The notes under the pieces: generated by a model | What the model was told of the DNA's origin: nothing | What the model saw: only the letters and a program-made list of their open reading frames with translations | The model's database searches: none | Assembly: GCA_963848135.1 (NCBI GenBank) | Contig: CAWKCK010000017.1 | Coordinates: 962,538-1,026,537, forward strand | DNA length: 64,000 nucleotides | Direction: 5' to 3' | Origin: an uncultured delta proteobacterium | GTDB lineage: Bacteria; Desulfobacterota; Desulfobacteria; Desulfobacterales; SG8-13 | Made by a program: the position numbers and the translations under genes | Part shown: piece after piece, positions 29,090-38,887 of the stretch | Position numbering within the stretch: position 1 is the stretch's first letter | Layout of the letters: every line of letters starts with the position of its first letter

Positions 29090-29118
29090 AAGGCTCTTTA
29101 TAACCAAAGAATTCGGCA

Positions 29119-30048
29119 ATGGACACTCTCATGCAAGAAATAGATGTACCAGATTCAAGGCATAACCGGTCGTTCGACGAAAAGTTGGAAAGCAGCGGCG
29201 GGATCGATGTCGCGATGCGGGCGAATATTAAATCCGGCCACAGACTGATCGGTCGCAACGACCGGAGAACTGTGGGAGACATCACGGTTGAAAATCCCCG
29301 GATGACCTGCCGAGAAGTCAATGTCCATTACGGAGACAAACAGGCAATCAATAATGTCTCTCTCGACATTGGGCGCAACGAGGTTATCGCCATGATCGGT
29401 CCATCAGGCTGCGGTAAATCAACTTTTCTGCGCTGTCTGAACCGGATGAACGATACCATCGAGGGTTGCCGGGTAACCGGAGAAATTACTTTGGACGGTG
29501 TCGATATCTACGGTAAGAACATTGATGTGGTGCCCTTAAGAGCTCAGGTGGGCATGGTGTTCCAAAAACCGAACCCCTTCCCCAAATCAGTTTACGATAA
29601 CGTCGCTTACGGGCCGAAGATCCACGGCCTGGCGCAAAACAAAGCCGAGTTGGATGGCGTCGTTGAAACCTCTTTGCGTAAAGCCGGCCTGTGGGACGAA
29701 GTCAAGGACCGTCTCGATCAGCCGGGAACCGGCCTCTCCGGTGGCCAACAGCAGCGCCTTTGCATCGCCCGAACCATCGCTGTCGGCCCTGAAGTTATTC
29801 TAATGGATGAACCCTGCTCGGCCCTCGATCCAATTGCGACTTCGGTGATCGAAGATCTGATCAATGAGCTCCGCAAACAGTATTCCATCGCCATCGTAAC
29901 CCATTCCATGCAACAGGCAGCGCGCGTTTCTCAACGCACAGCCTACTTCCACTTGGGTGATCTCATTGAAGTCGGCCCGACGAAGATGATTTTTACTAGA
30001 CCCAGTCACCAATTGACACAAGATTACATCACCGGCCGATTCGGCTAA
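29119..30048 (+). CDS. pstB: Phosphate ABC ATPase PstB
   Basis: [52 protein letters not shown]. Confidence 0.97.
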   Translation: MDTLMQEIDVPDSRHNRSFDEKLESSGGIDVAMRANIKSGHRLIGRNDRRTVGDITVENPRMTCREVNVHYGDKQAINNVSLDIGRNEVIAMIGPSGCGKSTFLRCLNRMNDTIEGCRVTGEITLDGVDIYGKNIDVVPLRAQVGMVFQKPNPFPKSVYDNVAYGPKIHGLAQNKAELDGVVETSLRKAGLWDEVKDRLDQPGTGLSGGQQQRLCIARTIAVGPEVILMDEPCSALDPIATSVIEDLINELRKQYSIAIVTHSMQQAARVSQRTAYFHLGDLIEVGPTKMIFTRPSHQLTQDYITGRFG

Positions 30049-30083
30049 TCCCAACCGACAAATCCTTAGAACGGGAAAACGCG

Positions 30084-30641
30084 CTATCTCTTTTCACGAT
30101 GGCACGCATCCCGCACCCTCTTAATGTCCGCGTACCGGTCCCGCAAGGCATCGAAGTCCTCATTTTCAAAAGCGTGGTGCAGACCATCACAGGCTTCTTT
30201 GAAATCGGAATAACGAGCACCGCATTGATCGGGAAATCGGGCCATGCGATCGACATCCACCAGAAAACTGTCAACAGCCTCTCTATCCGGAAAACGTTCG
30301 GCCGCAAGATCTTCGTTGATCGACTTGAATAAGGATTTCATTCTTTTTTTCAAGTGCTTGAAGGTCATTGCAACATCTGCGGGACCTAATACATCGGACA
30401 CTGGGGGCGTCTCTTTGCTATTAGCCGTTTCTTTTTTTTCTGATTTCAGCCTCAACTTAACTGAATATCCGGTGGGGTGGCGTTTGATTTTTAATTTGGC
30501 AGACTTGAAGTTACCAATGGGGATTCCCAAATCATTCGCGCTTCGATCGGTTGTACCATCGATAAAAGCAGCCAACTGTTTCAAAAAACCGGCCAACTGA
30601 ACAGCTGAATAGGTCTTTTTAAACTTCTTCTCCAAAGTCAT
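30084..30641 (-). CDS. GAK-system XXXCH domain protein
   Basis: N-terminal amphipathic LAGFLKQLA segment; C-terminal FKHLKKRMKSLFKSI...RDACHREKR with xxxCH in place of CxxCH; start at ATG 30641. Confidence 0.75.
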   Translation of the reverse strand: MTLEKKFKKTYSAVQLAGFLKQLAAFIDGTTDRSANDLGIPIGNFKSAKLKIKRHPTGYSVKLRLKSEKKETANSKETPPVSDVLGPADVAMTFKHLKKRMKSLFKSINEDLAAERFPDREAVDSFLVDVDRMARFPDQCGARYSDFKEACDGLHHAFENEDFDALRDRYADIKRVRDACHREKR

Positions 30642-30717
30642 TTTTCGTATCTCTCCTCCATCAATAACCGATTTTCCGGCCATCTTCTGAAGGCTCTCCG
30701 GCTTATGGAAATCGGTT

Positions 30718-31374
30718 TTAATAGTTGCCGTGACGGATAATTTCACCTTCGATTAAATAAATAACCTCTTCGGCGATATTGGTGGCGTGGTCCGCCAGAC
30801 GCTCCAAGTGGCGGGAGACAAGTAACAGATTAATCAGGTATCCTGTCATACCGGGATTTTCTTTCATAGCGTTTTTAATACGATCGTAGGCCTCTCTCTG
30901 GATTTTGTCCACCTCATCATCCATTTTCACCACTTTTAAGGCGATATCCTCATCAAGGTTAACGAGTGCATCCAGGCTCATCCGCAGCATACTCTCTGCC
31001 TTCTCAGCCATAAGAGTGTAATCAAAATCGAAAACCGGATTGTGGTGTTTTGCCAATACGCCGACCCTCTGGGCGATATTAACGGCCTGATCGCCGATGC
31101 GCTCCAAATCGTTATTAATCTTTATTACAGCGATAAGAAAACGTAAATCAACGGCCACGGGTTGGTGCAAGGCCAAGACCTTCAAACACTCCTCTTCGAC
31201 TTCAACCTCCATCTCGTCGATTTCGAAGTCAGTTTTAATGATTTTTTGTGCAGCCTGGGAGTCGCGGTTGACCACGGCTTCGACGGCCAATCGAACGCGC
31301 TCTTCCACCATGGCGCCAAGTGACACAACCATCTTTTTTATATTGTCAAGTTCACGAATGAATATTTTCGCCAT
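30718..31374 (-). CDS. phoU: Phosphate signalling complex protein PhoU
   Basis: QPVAVDLR, DLERIGD, HLERLADHATNIAE. Confidence 0.97.
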   Translation of the reverse strand: MAKIFIRELDNIKKMVVSLGAMVEERVRLAVEAVVNRDSQAAQKIIKTDFEIDEMEVEVEEECLKVLALHQPVAVDLRFLIAVIKINNDLERIGDQAVNIAQRVGVLAKHHNPVFDFDYTLMAEKAESMLRMSLDALVNLDEDIALKVVKMDDEVDKIQREAYDRIKNAMKENPGMTGYLINLLLVSRHLERLADHATNIAEEVIYLIEGEIIRHGNY

Positions 31375-31492
31375 ACGCGCCCCCTCATATTCTATCCACC
31401 GTAATGATAAAAGGACCCAACCAAATGAGGACCATCTTCACACCAGGCCGCCATTTTGGTCACCGCAATACGGTTTGATACTGGTATATAAA

Positions 31493-31531
31493 TGTTAAAA
31501 TTCAGTTAGATCTGGGTTAGTGTTTTGTTAT
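31493..31531 (-). promoter_or_regulatory. Putative Pho box upstream of phoU
   Basis: Plus-strand GTTAA/GTTAG/GTTAG/GTTAT at 31494, 31505, 31516 and 31527. Confidence 0.8.
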
Positions 31532-31786
31532 GCAGCCGGAAAAACCGTATAACTACCTGAAGAGTCAGAGTGTCTTTCTCTTATAGCCTTAACCGAAGCA
31601 GAAAGGGTTTGATGGTTATGGCTTTATGGAAAACCTCAGAGATTAGCTAAAGACACAGGCATCAATAAAACATTGGCGCATCCTCCCAACAGTGTCAATG
31701 GTCGATTTATAATCTCCACCTTTTGATGGCGACTTTTTTTAAAATACTTCAAAAATAATCGCTCCTGCAATGAGGAGTTACTCCGC

Positions 31787-31942
31787 ATGATCGATGACCG
31801 TTCTCTTGGCGATCAGATGAGAGTATCCGCTCGTCGATATGCTGAATCACTCGCCATCGATACCGCCGCTTTCAAAGTATCCGTTCTGAAGATCCCCCCT
31901 ATCGCATTGGATGAGAACTTACAGATGGCCGAAGCCGATTAA
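31787..31942 (+). other. Short ORF (51 aa), possibly a glycosyltransferase C-terminal remnant
   Basis: MIDDRSLGDQMRVSARRYAES resembles the last helix of GT4 enzymes; GAGGAG lies upstream. Confidence 0.25.
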
Positions 31943-32211
31943 CCAAGACACGGATATAACTCTTTTCCATTACATTTTTTTCGTTTTATTTCGATGATAT
32001 CGGGGGGTCACATGGTGGTCCACTACCATACGGACACATCGTATATGTACGCCGCGTCTGCGAGGCTATATACATTTTGTTGTATATTTTTATCGTGATG
32101 AATGCTATATATAGTGTATTGAGTATATCGTCGGTTCAGATCTCATGTCTGCGAAACCACATACGATTTCGGAATGGCTCTTTAAAATTTCGTTTCAAGA
32201 AAGGCATGTAC

Positions 32212-33405
32212 ATGGAAAACGCCAAACTCTATGTTGTTGACACCAATGTCTTGCTGGAAGATCCCAATGCGCTTTTCAAGCTTCGGAATGGAAACGAAAA
32301 TCTCGTCTATATCCCATACCATGTTCTCCTTGAACTCAATAAATTCAAAAAAGACCCCCGCCTGGGTCACATCGCTTCCAAGGCCATCCACAACATCTCC
32401 GATTATCCCGATCAGTTCAAACTATTAAAATCTGATCGTGTTGCCGATTCATTCTCAAACCAGGTCGACAACCATATACTGGAGGAAATCCGCTTCAACG
32501 GTCTGGTAGAGCCGATCCTGGTGACCAATGACAAGGTATTCCAACTCCAGGCTGGCCTCTTCGGGATCAGAAGTGAAAACTACAAAGAATCGGTACCGTC
32601 GAAATCCGAAGCTGAACGATTTTCAGGATTTGTCTCCCCGGGTGACGATATCGCCCCCAACTGTTTTATGTGGAATGACAAGGGTAAACCGGTTTTTTAC
32701 GGACCGAACGGAGAGAAAGTTATCGACTACCAGCTAAAGACCTGGAACGTCATACCGCGCAATGTATACCAGAACCTGGCCCTGGAACTGATGAACAATC
32801 CCGACATCCCTATTGTTACCATACAAAGCGCTGCCGGCTACGGCAAGAGTTACCTGGCGTTGGCAACGGCCTTATATCATGCCTTAGAAAAAAAGAGCCA
32901 CCAGAAGATCTTCGTGGTTAAACCGATGATTGAAATCGGTCAAAAACTGGGCTATCTGCCCGGCCGAATCGAAGAAAAAATGGAACCCTACACCCGCTAT
33001 GTGTCTGACCTTATTCTCAAGCTCCACCGCTTGCGCCCGGCTAACCGGATTTTCTTCGACCCCAACGAAGTCCCGCCGAAATACAATCCGAAAAAGTTCG
33101 AACTCCTCCCCCTGGCCTATATCAGGGGAATGAACATCGAAAACGCCGTGGTAATTATTGACGAAATGCAGAACATGTCCCGCAGTGAATGCCGATCGCT
33201 CCTATCCAGGATGGGTGAAGGGGTCAAATGCATCGGCCTGGGAGATATCCACCAGGTGGATAACCCCTATCTAAACCAGGACAACAATGGAATGAACTGG
33301 GTGGTAAACAAGTTTAAGGGGAGTAAAATCTACGCCCACATGGTATTGAAGGGAGACAAATCGCGGGGCCCAATAACTGATCTGGTGATACGTTCCGGTC
33401 TATAG
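32212..33405 (+). CDS. PIN-PhoH family protein (PhoH2/YlaK-like)
   Basis: PIN motif YVVDTNVLL; Walker A SAAGYGKS; LGYLPG, YIRG, IIDEMQN, GDIHQVD. Confidence 0.9.
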   Translation: MENAKLYVVDTNVLLEDPNALFKLRNGNENLVYIPYHVLLELNKFKKDPRLGHIASKAIHNISDYPDQFKLLKSDRVADSFSNQVDNHILEEIRFNGLVEPILVTNDKVFQLQAGLFGIRSENYKESVPSKSEAERFSGFVSPGDDIAPNCFMWNDKGKPVFYGPNGEKVIDYQLKTWNVIPRNVYQNLALELMNNPDIPIVTIQSAAGYGKSYLALATALYHALEKKSHQKIFVVKPMIEIGQKLGYLPGRIEEKMEPYTRYVSDLILKLHRLRPANRIFFDPNEVPPKYNPKKFELLPLAYIRGMNIENAVVIIDEMQNMSRSECRSLLSRMGEGVKCIGLGDIHQVDNPYLNQDNNGMNWVVNKFKGSKIYAHMVLKGDKSRGPITDLVIRSGL

Positions 33406-33470
33406 CCCGAATATTTCATAAACATTTTTCACTGTGCAAACGAAACGCGTGGAATAAGCATATCGGTTTA
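33403..33470. repeat. MITE family A terminal fragment
   Basis: TAGCCCGAATATTTCAT...CATATCGGT is the reverse complement of the right end of 27515-27781 and begins at the PhoH TAG stop. Confidence 0.6.
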
Positions 33471-33565
33471 TAATATACAAAAGGGTTAAGAATTAAAATT
33501 TGACAATACCAAAGACATAATTATCGTTTGCTTTCACAATGTTGAAATCAAGACGGGAGCAAATT

Positions 33566-33739
33566 ATGGAATTTACCTGTTACAAAAAAGAATGCCCTTT
33601 CGAAGGTAAGGGATCATATATACTAACGATTCCATCGGAAGCGTGTGTTGATGAACACAACTGTGCAACGTTTTTTTGCCCACACTGCAATAGTGAATTA
33701 ATAAAAATGGAACCAAATGGAAATAATGTGACTCAATGA
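33566..33739 (+). CDS. Small Cys-rich (zinc-ribbon-like) protein, 57 aa
   Basis: CYKKEC...CVDEHNC...CPHC; SD GGGAG; TTGACA at 33500. Confidence 0.65.
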   Translation: MEFTCYKKECPFEGKGSYILTIPSEACVDEHNCATFFCPHCNSELIKMEPNGNNVTQ

Positions 33740-33917
33740 GAGGTCTACATCCGCTTGCCTTTCCAACGGGGCAGTTGCAGCCATTGGGACGTTACAAAGA
33801 GATGACATTTTTTCAAGGTATTTCGTCGGATTTTACCTTGTCTTGCCGGTGCTCATGACGTTTTTCAACACCCTGTTAAACTTGTTACCCTTTTTGCAAG
33901 AATTCCCATTGCCGACC

Positions 33918-34586
33918 CTACTTCGCCACCATGGCCCGCATCATGTCACCGGCATTTTCAGCGTGATCCGCTATTGCCCCGATGGTTTCAGCCAAGCGGA
34001 CCATATGAAAAATGGTGACCGGATCCAAATCTGAATTGAACATCCTTCGTTTGAGTTGATCTTCCAGTTGATCCGCTTCATGTTCGTGCTTGCGTAAGTT
34101 TCGTATAATATCCTTGACCACCACCCGCTGTTTTTCCGAGAAATTCTGAAAGAACGTCCGTGCTTCACTCACCATGGTGCTCAGCTCTTCAATCGGTTCG
34201 ATCACCGCATCCACCAGGAGAGCAAAATCTTTCTGGAAATCTTCCGGAATCCCGGGTTCGTCGCGATAGGAAATCCAATCCAGGGTTTCTTCGACAGAAT
34301 CAAGCACACGGTCCTGTTCTCGCAGGTAGCGGAAGAGCTGAAACTTGTCCATCTGCAGCAGGGTGCCCTTGGGCAGGTGCCCCCGGATCCGTCTTTTGAC
34401 GGCGTCGGCGTCGTGTTCGAGCCGGTGTACGTCCTGCCGGAACTCCTCGAATCTCGTGCAGTCTTTGGATACGTGGCACTCGATGGCTTGCTGAAAGATC
34501 CAGGTGCACTCTTTGATAATCTCGGCGTGCTCATGCAGACCATCAAAGGGCGAGGTTATGAACATGGAAATAAATGGTATCCGCAT
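33918..34586 (-). CDS. DUF47/TIGR00153 phosphate transport regulator (Pit accessory protein)
   Basis: LEHDADAVKRRIR and HEHEADQLE motifs; downstream of pit. Confidence 0.9.
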   Translation of the reverse strand: MRIPFISMFITSPFDGLHEHAEIIKECTWIFQQAIECHVSKDCTRFEEFRQDVHRLEHDADAVKRRIRGHLPKGTLLQMDKFQLFRYLREQDRVLDSVEETLDWISYRDEPGIPEDFQKDFALLVDAVIEPIEELSTMVSEARTFFQNFSEKQRVVVKDIIRNLRKHEHEADQLEDQLKRRMFNSDLDPVTIFHMVRLAETIGAIADHAENAGDMMRAMVAK

Positions 34587-34600
34587 AAGCCTGATCTCCT

Positions 34601-35827
34601 TTACAAAAAATACTCCAGAATCTTGAAGATAATGACACTGGTAATCGCTGCTGCTGGAACGGTCAGCACCCAGTAGATGACGATTTGAAATATAATGCGG
34701 AAATTGACCGCCTCCAAGCCGCGGGCCAGTCCGACACCCATGACACCCCCCACAGCCGCGTGGGTGGTCGAGACCGGCAACCCCAGTTTGGACGCGACCA
34801 GCACCGTGGTGGCAGCTGCAAATTCGACTGAGAAACCGCGGGTATTGGTCAGGGTGGTAATTTTGGTGCCGATGGTCTCCATGACGCGGTGGCCGGCCAT
34901 CCCGATGCCGCAGGCGATGCCGACACCGCCGAAAAGGAGAAGGAATGTCGGCACCGGGACCTGGGTCCCGATTCCACCGGTCTTGACTAGAAAATAGATT
35001 ACCGCCAGAGGACCGATGGCATTGGCCACGTCATTGGCCCCCTGGGCCAGGGCTACGTAACAGGCAGTGGCAATCTGGATTCTTTTAAAAATAACCTCTT
35101 CTCCATGCGGACCTTTGGGTCGGATGAGGCGTTTCAGCATCTTCTTTCCGGCCATCCCAATAATGGCGGCAATCAATATGGCCAGCAGCAGCGCACTGGG
35201 AGTTCCCAAAGACAATTTTTTGCCCAGGGGTGTTTTGAACAGGAATGAGAGCACCATTACAAATGCCGTCGTACCAACAAACCACGGTGAAAGACGCAGG
35301 GCCCGGTCAAAAGGATCACTTCGTACCAAAATCAACTTGACGATGAGTTTGAAAATAAGAAACCCCATCGCCAAACTGAATACCGGTGAAATGATCCAGC
35401 TCAGGACGACGGCCCCAAGTTGGCCCCAATTTATGACCGAAAAACCGCCAGCCATGATACCAAACCCGATCATGGCCCCGACAATGGAATGGGTAGTTGA
35501 AACCGGCAGGGAACGCCATGTGGCAAAAGATACCCACAAGGCCGCGGCCAGCAGAGCGGAGAGCGCTCCGATCAACGCCAGATGAGGATCGGTTAAGACA
35601 TCGGTCGATACGATGCCTTTGCGTATAGTATCCGTAACGTGCGATCCGATAAAAACGGCACCAACTACGTTTAATATGCCGGCTATGAATAAAGCCTGGC
35701 GAATGGTGATCGCCTTGGCGCCCACGGCTGAGGCCATTGAATTGGCGACATCGTTGGCGCCGATGTTCCAGGCCATGTAAAAACCGAATATATACCCGAT
35801 AATCAGGACGGTGTATTCAGAGGTCAT
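34601..35827 (-). CDS. pit: Inorganic phosphate transporter, PiT family
   Basis: Two GANDVAN and two LPVSTTH motifs. Confidence 0.95.
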   Translation of the reverse strand: MTSEYTVLIIGYIFGFYMAWNIGANDVANSMASAVGAKAITIRQALFIAGILNVVGAVFIGSHVTDTIRKGIVSTDVLTDPHLALIGALSALLAAALWVSFATWRSLPVSTTHSIVGAMIGFGIMAGGFSVINWGQLGAVVLSWIISPVFSLAMGFLIFKLIVKLILVRSDPFDRALRLSPWFVGTTAFVMVLSFLFKTPLGKKLSLGTPSALLLAILIAAIIGMAGKKMLKRLIRPKGPHGEEVIFKRIQIATACYVALAQGANDVANAIGPLAVIYFLVKTGGIGTQVPVPTFLLLFGGVGIACGIGMAGHRVMETIGTKITTLTNTRGFSVEFAAATTVLVASKLGLPVSTTHAAVGGVMGVGLARGLEAVNFRIIFQIVIYWVLTVPAAAITSVIIFKILEYFL

Positions 35828-35986
35828 CGTGCTTCAAATGTAAAATATTATTTGGTTTGGTAATTTGACGGGCAATTTCTGAAAATCCGACTGTTTCCCG
35901 GATTTGAGTTCTGAGAAATCCGCTACCAAATTCCGGCCAGCTTCTATCTGAACCATTCAGGCTGGATAACAGATTTCCTTATCGTT

Positions 35987-36025
35987 CGTTAAGGAATTGT
36001 CAGGTATTCATGAGAATACTGTTCG
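35987..36025 (-). promoter_or_regulatory. Putative degenerate Pho box upstream of pit
   Basis: Plus-strand GTTAA/GTCAG/ATGAG/GTTCG at 35988, 35999, 36010 and 36021. Confidence 0.55.
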
Positions 36026-36207
36026 GAAAGACTGGCGACCTATAGCATGAAGGTTCTGTTTTATCAACGGTTAACTGGGAATAACCGGGTGAGTGGATAT
36101 TTGAGGTTTTGTTGTCAAACTCGAATAGAGCGCTCGAGGGGAGGGCAGGGTTTTCCGAATACCTGGTACCAATCCAAATTTGGATGATAGCCCATTGAGA
36201 GTTTCAA

Positions 36208-38007
36208 TTATGAATGGGACACGATCTCATTTTGTTGGCGCGGCAATTGGATAATAAAAGTACTCCCCTGCCCCAAAGTACTTTCAACACTGATGTGGCC
36301 GCCGTGGGCTTGAACGATGTGCTTGACGATGGCCAGGCCGAGGCCAGTACCGCCCAATTTACGGCTGCGAGCCTTGTCGACCCGGTAGAACCTTTCGAAA
36401 AGTCGAGGCAAATGCTTCTGGGGGATACCAGCGCCCCGGTCGGTAATTTTTATGTTGACTTCCTTTGCTTGGCTCTCGGCGGCAATACTGACCCGACTTC
36501 CCTGGTCACTGTATTTGATGGCATTATCGATCAGGTTGACAAGGGCCTGTTCCAGCAAGGTTGCATCCAAGCTGGCCATGATGTCATCCGCAACATCGAG
36601 ATCGATGGTGATGTTCTTGGCCGCCGCTTTCGGTTGACAGATTTGAACGGCCGTTTGGATGACGTCCCTGATCCGATTTTCAGCCAAGTGTATGCCCGTA
36701 TTGCCGTTTTCCTGTTCCATGCGCGAAAGTACCAGCAAATCCTCGAGAATGGCGTTGAGCCGGTTGACGTGTTTGAGGATGATACCCAAGAATCGATCCT
36801 GCTCCTGCAGGCTTTGCCCTGTTCCCTGTTGAAGAGTCTCCACAAACCCTTTGATGGCTGTCAGGGGGGTTTTGATTTCGTGGGACACGTTGGCCACGAA
36901 ATCGCTCCTGACATTCTCCAGATGACGAAGACGGGTGACATCATTGAATACCAGTAGCGTCCCGATCTGCTGGTTGCCCGCATCATAGAGTGGCGAGCTG
37001 TGAACGTTGAGAACACTCTCTTCTCCTCGATAAAGGACAAAGTCGTCTTCTATGGTTTCGATTGTCTTGAGGGCGCGAAGAGCAAACCGCTGAAGGGCAA
37101 GGTTACGGATCACCTCCTGGAGGTTACGCCCCGACACTTGCAGTGGATCACAGTCAAACATCCAACCGGCGGCAGGATTCATGCTAATAATACGCTCATT
37201 GAGATCGACGGCGACCACACCCTCGAGCATGCTGGAAAGCACGGCTTCGAGTTCATTACGCTGCTGGAGCACGGTCTTCATCCGGTTGTCCAGTTGAACG
37301 GCCATGCGATTCATGGCTTCGGCCAGACCGGCCATTTCTTCTGTATCCGGCACCGGAAGACGATGCGAAAGATCTCCCTCGAAAAAGCGAACGGCGCCCT
37401 GCCTTATTTTTTCAATCGGTTGACTGATGCGACGTGCAACCACCAGACTCACAAAAGCCGCCAATGCAGCAATCACCAGGCCACCAAATGCGATTTGCAA
37501 CTGCACCGAATGCAGGGTCTGATCAAGTGAGGCAACCGATACGGCGGTACGGAGGACAGCTTCGACCCGCTGATCCTCTATCAACGGAACAGCCACATAC
37601 ATCATTTTCTGATGCAGGGTGCCACTAAAGCGAACAGATCGCGACACCGCACCGGCCAAGGCACCGGCAACTTCTTCCCGCTCGGCATGGTTGTCCATAA
37701 ACCGGGGCGTTTCTCTGGAATCACCAATGACTTTGCCGTCAGGCAAAATAGCGGTGATTCGTGTGGCGGAAGCTTTCCCGGTCTCTTTGCAAATGACATC
37801 GACAGCGACAGAATCGAGAGGGTTGAGCAAACCGGCAATCTGCTTTTGGGTTAGGTAGGCCCGGGCTTCGAGATCCCTGGCGGTCTGGTCGAGATAAAAT
37901 CGTGCCAGCAAATCGGATGCATACCAGGTAACGGCGACAACAGACAATATCGTGATGATCAGATAGGGCGGATAGAGCTGCCATATCAACCGCCGTCTGC
38001 GTTTCAT
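36208..38007 (-). CDS. phoR: Phosphate regulon sensor kinase PhoR (HAMP-PAS-HisKA-HATPase)
   Basis: DFVANVSHEIKTPLTAIKG, NLIDNAIKYS, FERFYRVDKARSRKLGGTGLGL. Confidence 0.92.
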   Translation of the reverse strand: MKRRRRLIWQLYPPYLIITILSVVAVTWYASDLLARFYLDQTARDLEARAYLTQKQIAGLLNPLDSVAVDVICKETGKASATRITAILPDGKVIGDSRETPRFMDNHAEREEVAGALAGAVSRSVRFSGTLHQKMMYVAVPLIEDQRVEAVLRTAVSVASLDQTLHSVQLQIAFGGLVIAALAAFVSLVVARRISQPIEKIRQGAVRFFEGDLSHRLPVPDTEEMAGLAEAMNRMAVQLDNRMKTVLQQRNELEAVLSSMLEGVVAVDLNERIISMNPAAGWMFDCDPLQVSGRNLQEVIRNLALQRFALRALKTIETIEDDFVLYRGEESVLNVHSSPLYDAGNQQIGTLLVFNDVTRLRHLENVRSDFVANVSHEIKTPLTAIKGFVETLQQGTGQSLQEQDRFLGIILKHVNRLNAILEDLLVLSRMEQENGNTGIHLAENRIRDVIQTAVQICQPKAAAKNITIDLDVADDIMASLDATLLEQALVNLIDNAIKYSDQGSRVSIAAESQAKEVNIKITDRGAGIPQKHLPRLFERFYRVDKARSRKLGGTGLGLAIVKHIVQAHGGHISVESTLGQGSTFIIQLPRQQNEIVSHS

Positions 38008-38696
38008 TCTTTCTCCCTGAAACGGTACCCGACACCGCGAACCGTCTCTATGTATTCGCCGTGGTTACCGAGCTTTTTTCGAAGGCCGACGATTTGGACA
38101 TCGACACTGCGGTCGGTTACGGGATAGTCGTCGCCACGAACGGCATCGACGATTTGGGAGCGGGTAAAAACCCATCCCGGTCTGCGGGCCAGGTTCCAGA
38201 GAACCTGGAATTCAGTGTAAGTCAACTCAACTGACTGATTATCAACCATAACACTCCGTTTTCCGGGATCGATGTTAAAACCGTGAATCCGGATAATTGT
38301 GGTGTCGTCTTCGGGATCGGCTGTTTTGCGACGCAACACCGCTCGCACGCGTGCGGTCAGAATTCGGGGGCTGAACGGCTTGGTGATGTAATCGTCCGCG
38401 CCGAGTTCCAAACCGGCAACGACATCCGACTCCTCGCCCTTGGCCGTCAGCATGACCACCGGCACACTGCGGGTCTTTGGATTGTCTTTGAGTTTGCGTG
38501 TCACCTCGAGCCCGTCGATGCCCGGAAGCATCAGGTCGAGAATGATCAGATCAAATGTCTCCGCTCGGGCCTTTTTCAGGGCATCTTCTCCGGTCAGTGC
38601 GCAAGTGATTTTATAACCGTCCTTATTGAGATTATAGCGCACCAACTCTAGAATGTCTTCTTCATCATCGACCACGAGAATCGTTTCTTTTGCCAT
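38004..38696 (-). CDS. phoB: OmpR-family response regulator PhoB/PhoP
   Basis: VVDDE, LDLMLPG, KPFS, RSVDVQI, ETVRGVGY; overlaps the phoR start. Confidence 0.92.
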   Translation of the reverse strand: MAKETILVVDDEEDILELVRYNLNKDGYKITCALTGEDALKKARAETFDLIILDLMLPGIDGLEVTRKLKDNPKTRSVPVVMLTAKGEESDVVAGLELGADDYITKPFSPRILTARVRAVLRRKTADPEDDTTIIRIHGFNIDPGKRSVMVDNQSVELTYTEFQVLWNLARRPGWVFTRSQIVDAVRGDDYPVTDRSVDVQIVGLRKKLGNHGEYIETVRGVGYRFREKE

Positions 38697-38780
38697 GTCA
38701 ATCTATCCTGGTTGATTTACCAGAAAGGCACCAAATATTAGAATCATACAAAGTCGTGGATGCAGGATCTACAACAAGAT

Positions 38781-38808
38781 TGTTAAATTAAAGTTAGCGC
38801 CAAGTTAG
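38781..38808 (-). promoter_or_regulatory. Putative Pho box upstream of phoB (autoregulation)
   Basis: Plus-strand GTTAA/GTTAG/GTTAG at 38782, 38793 and 38804. Confidence 0.75.
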
Positions 38809-38887
38809 AATCGTATTGCGGATAGATCCATTAATTTAATATTTCCGATGGTTAACGACAACCGGCCATCCAAACGGCCCGTTTCAC

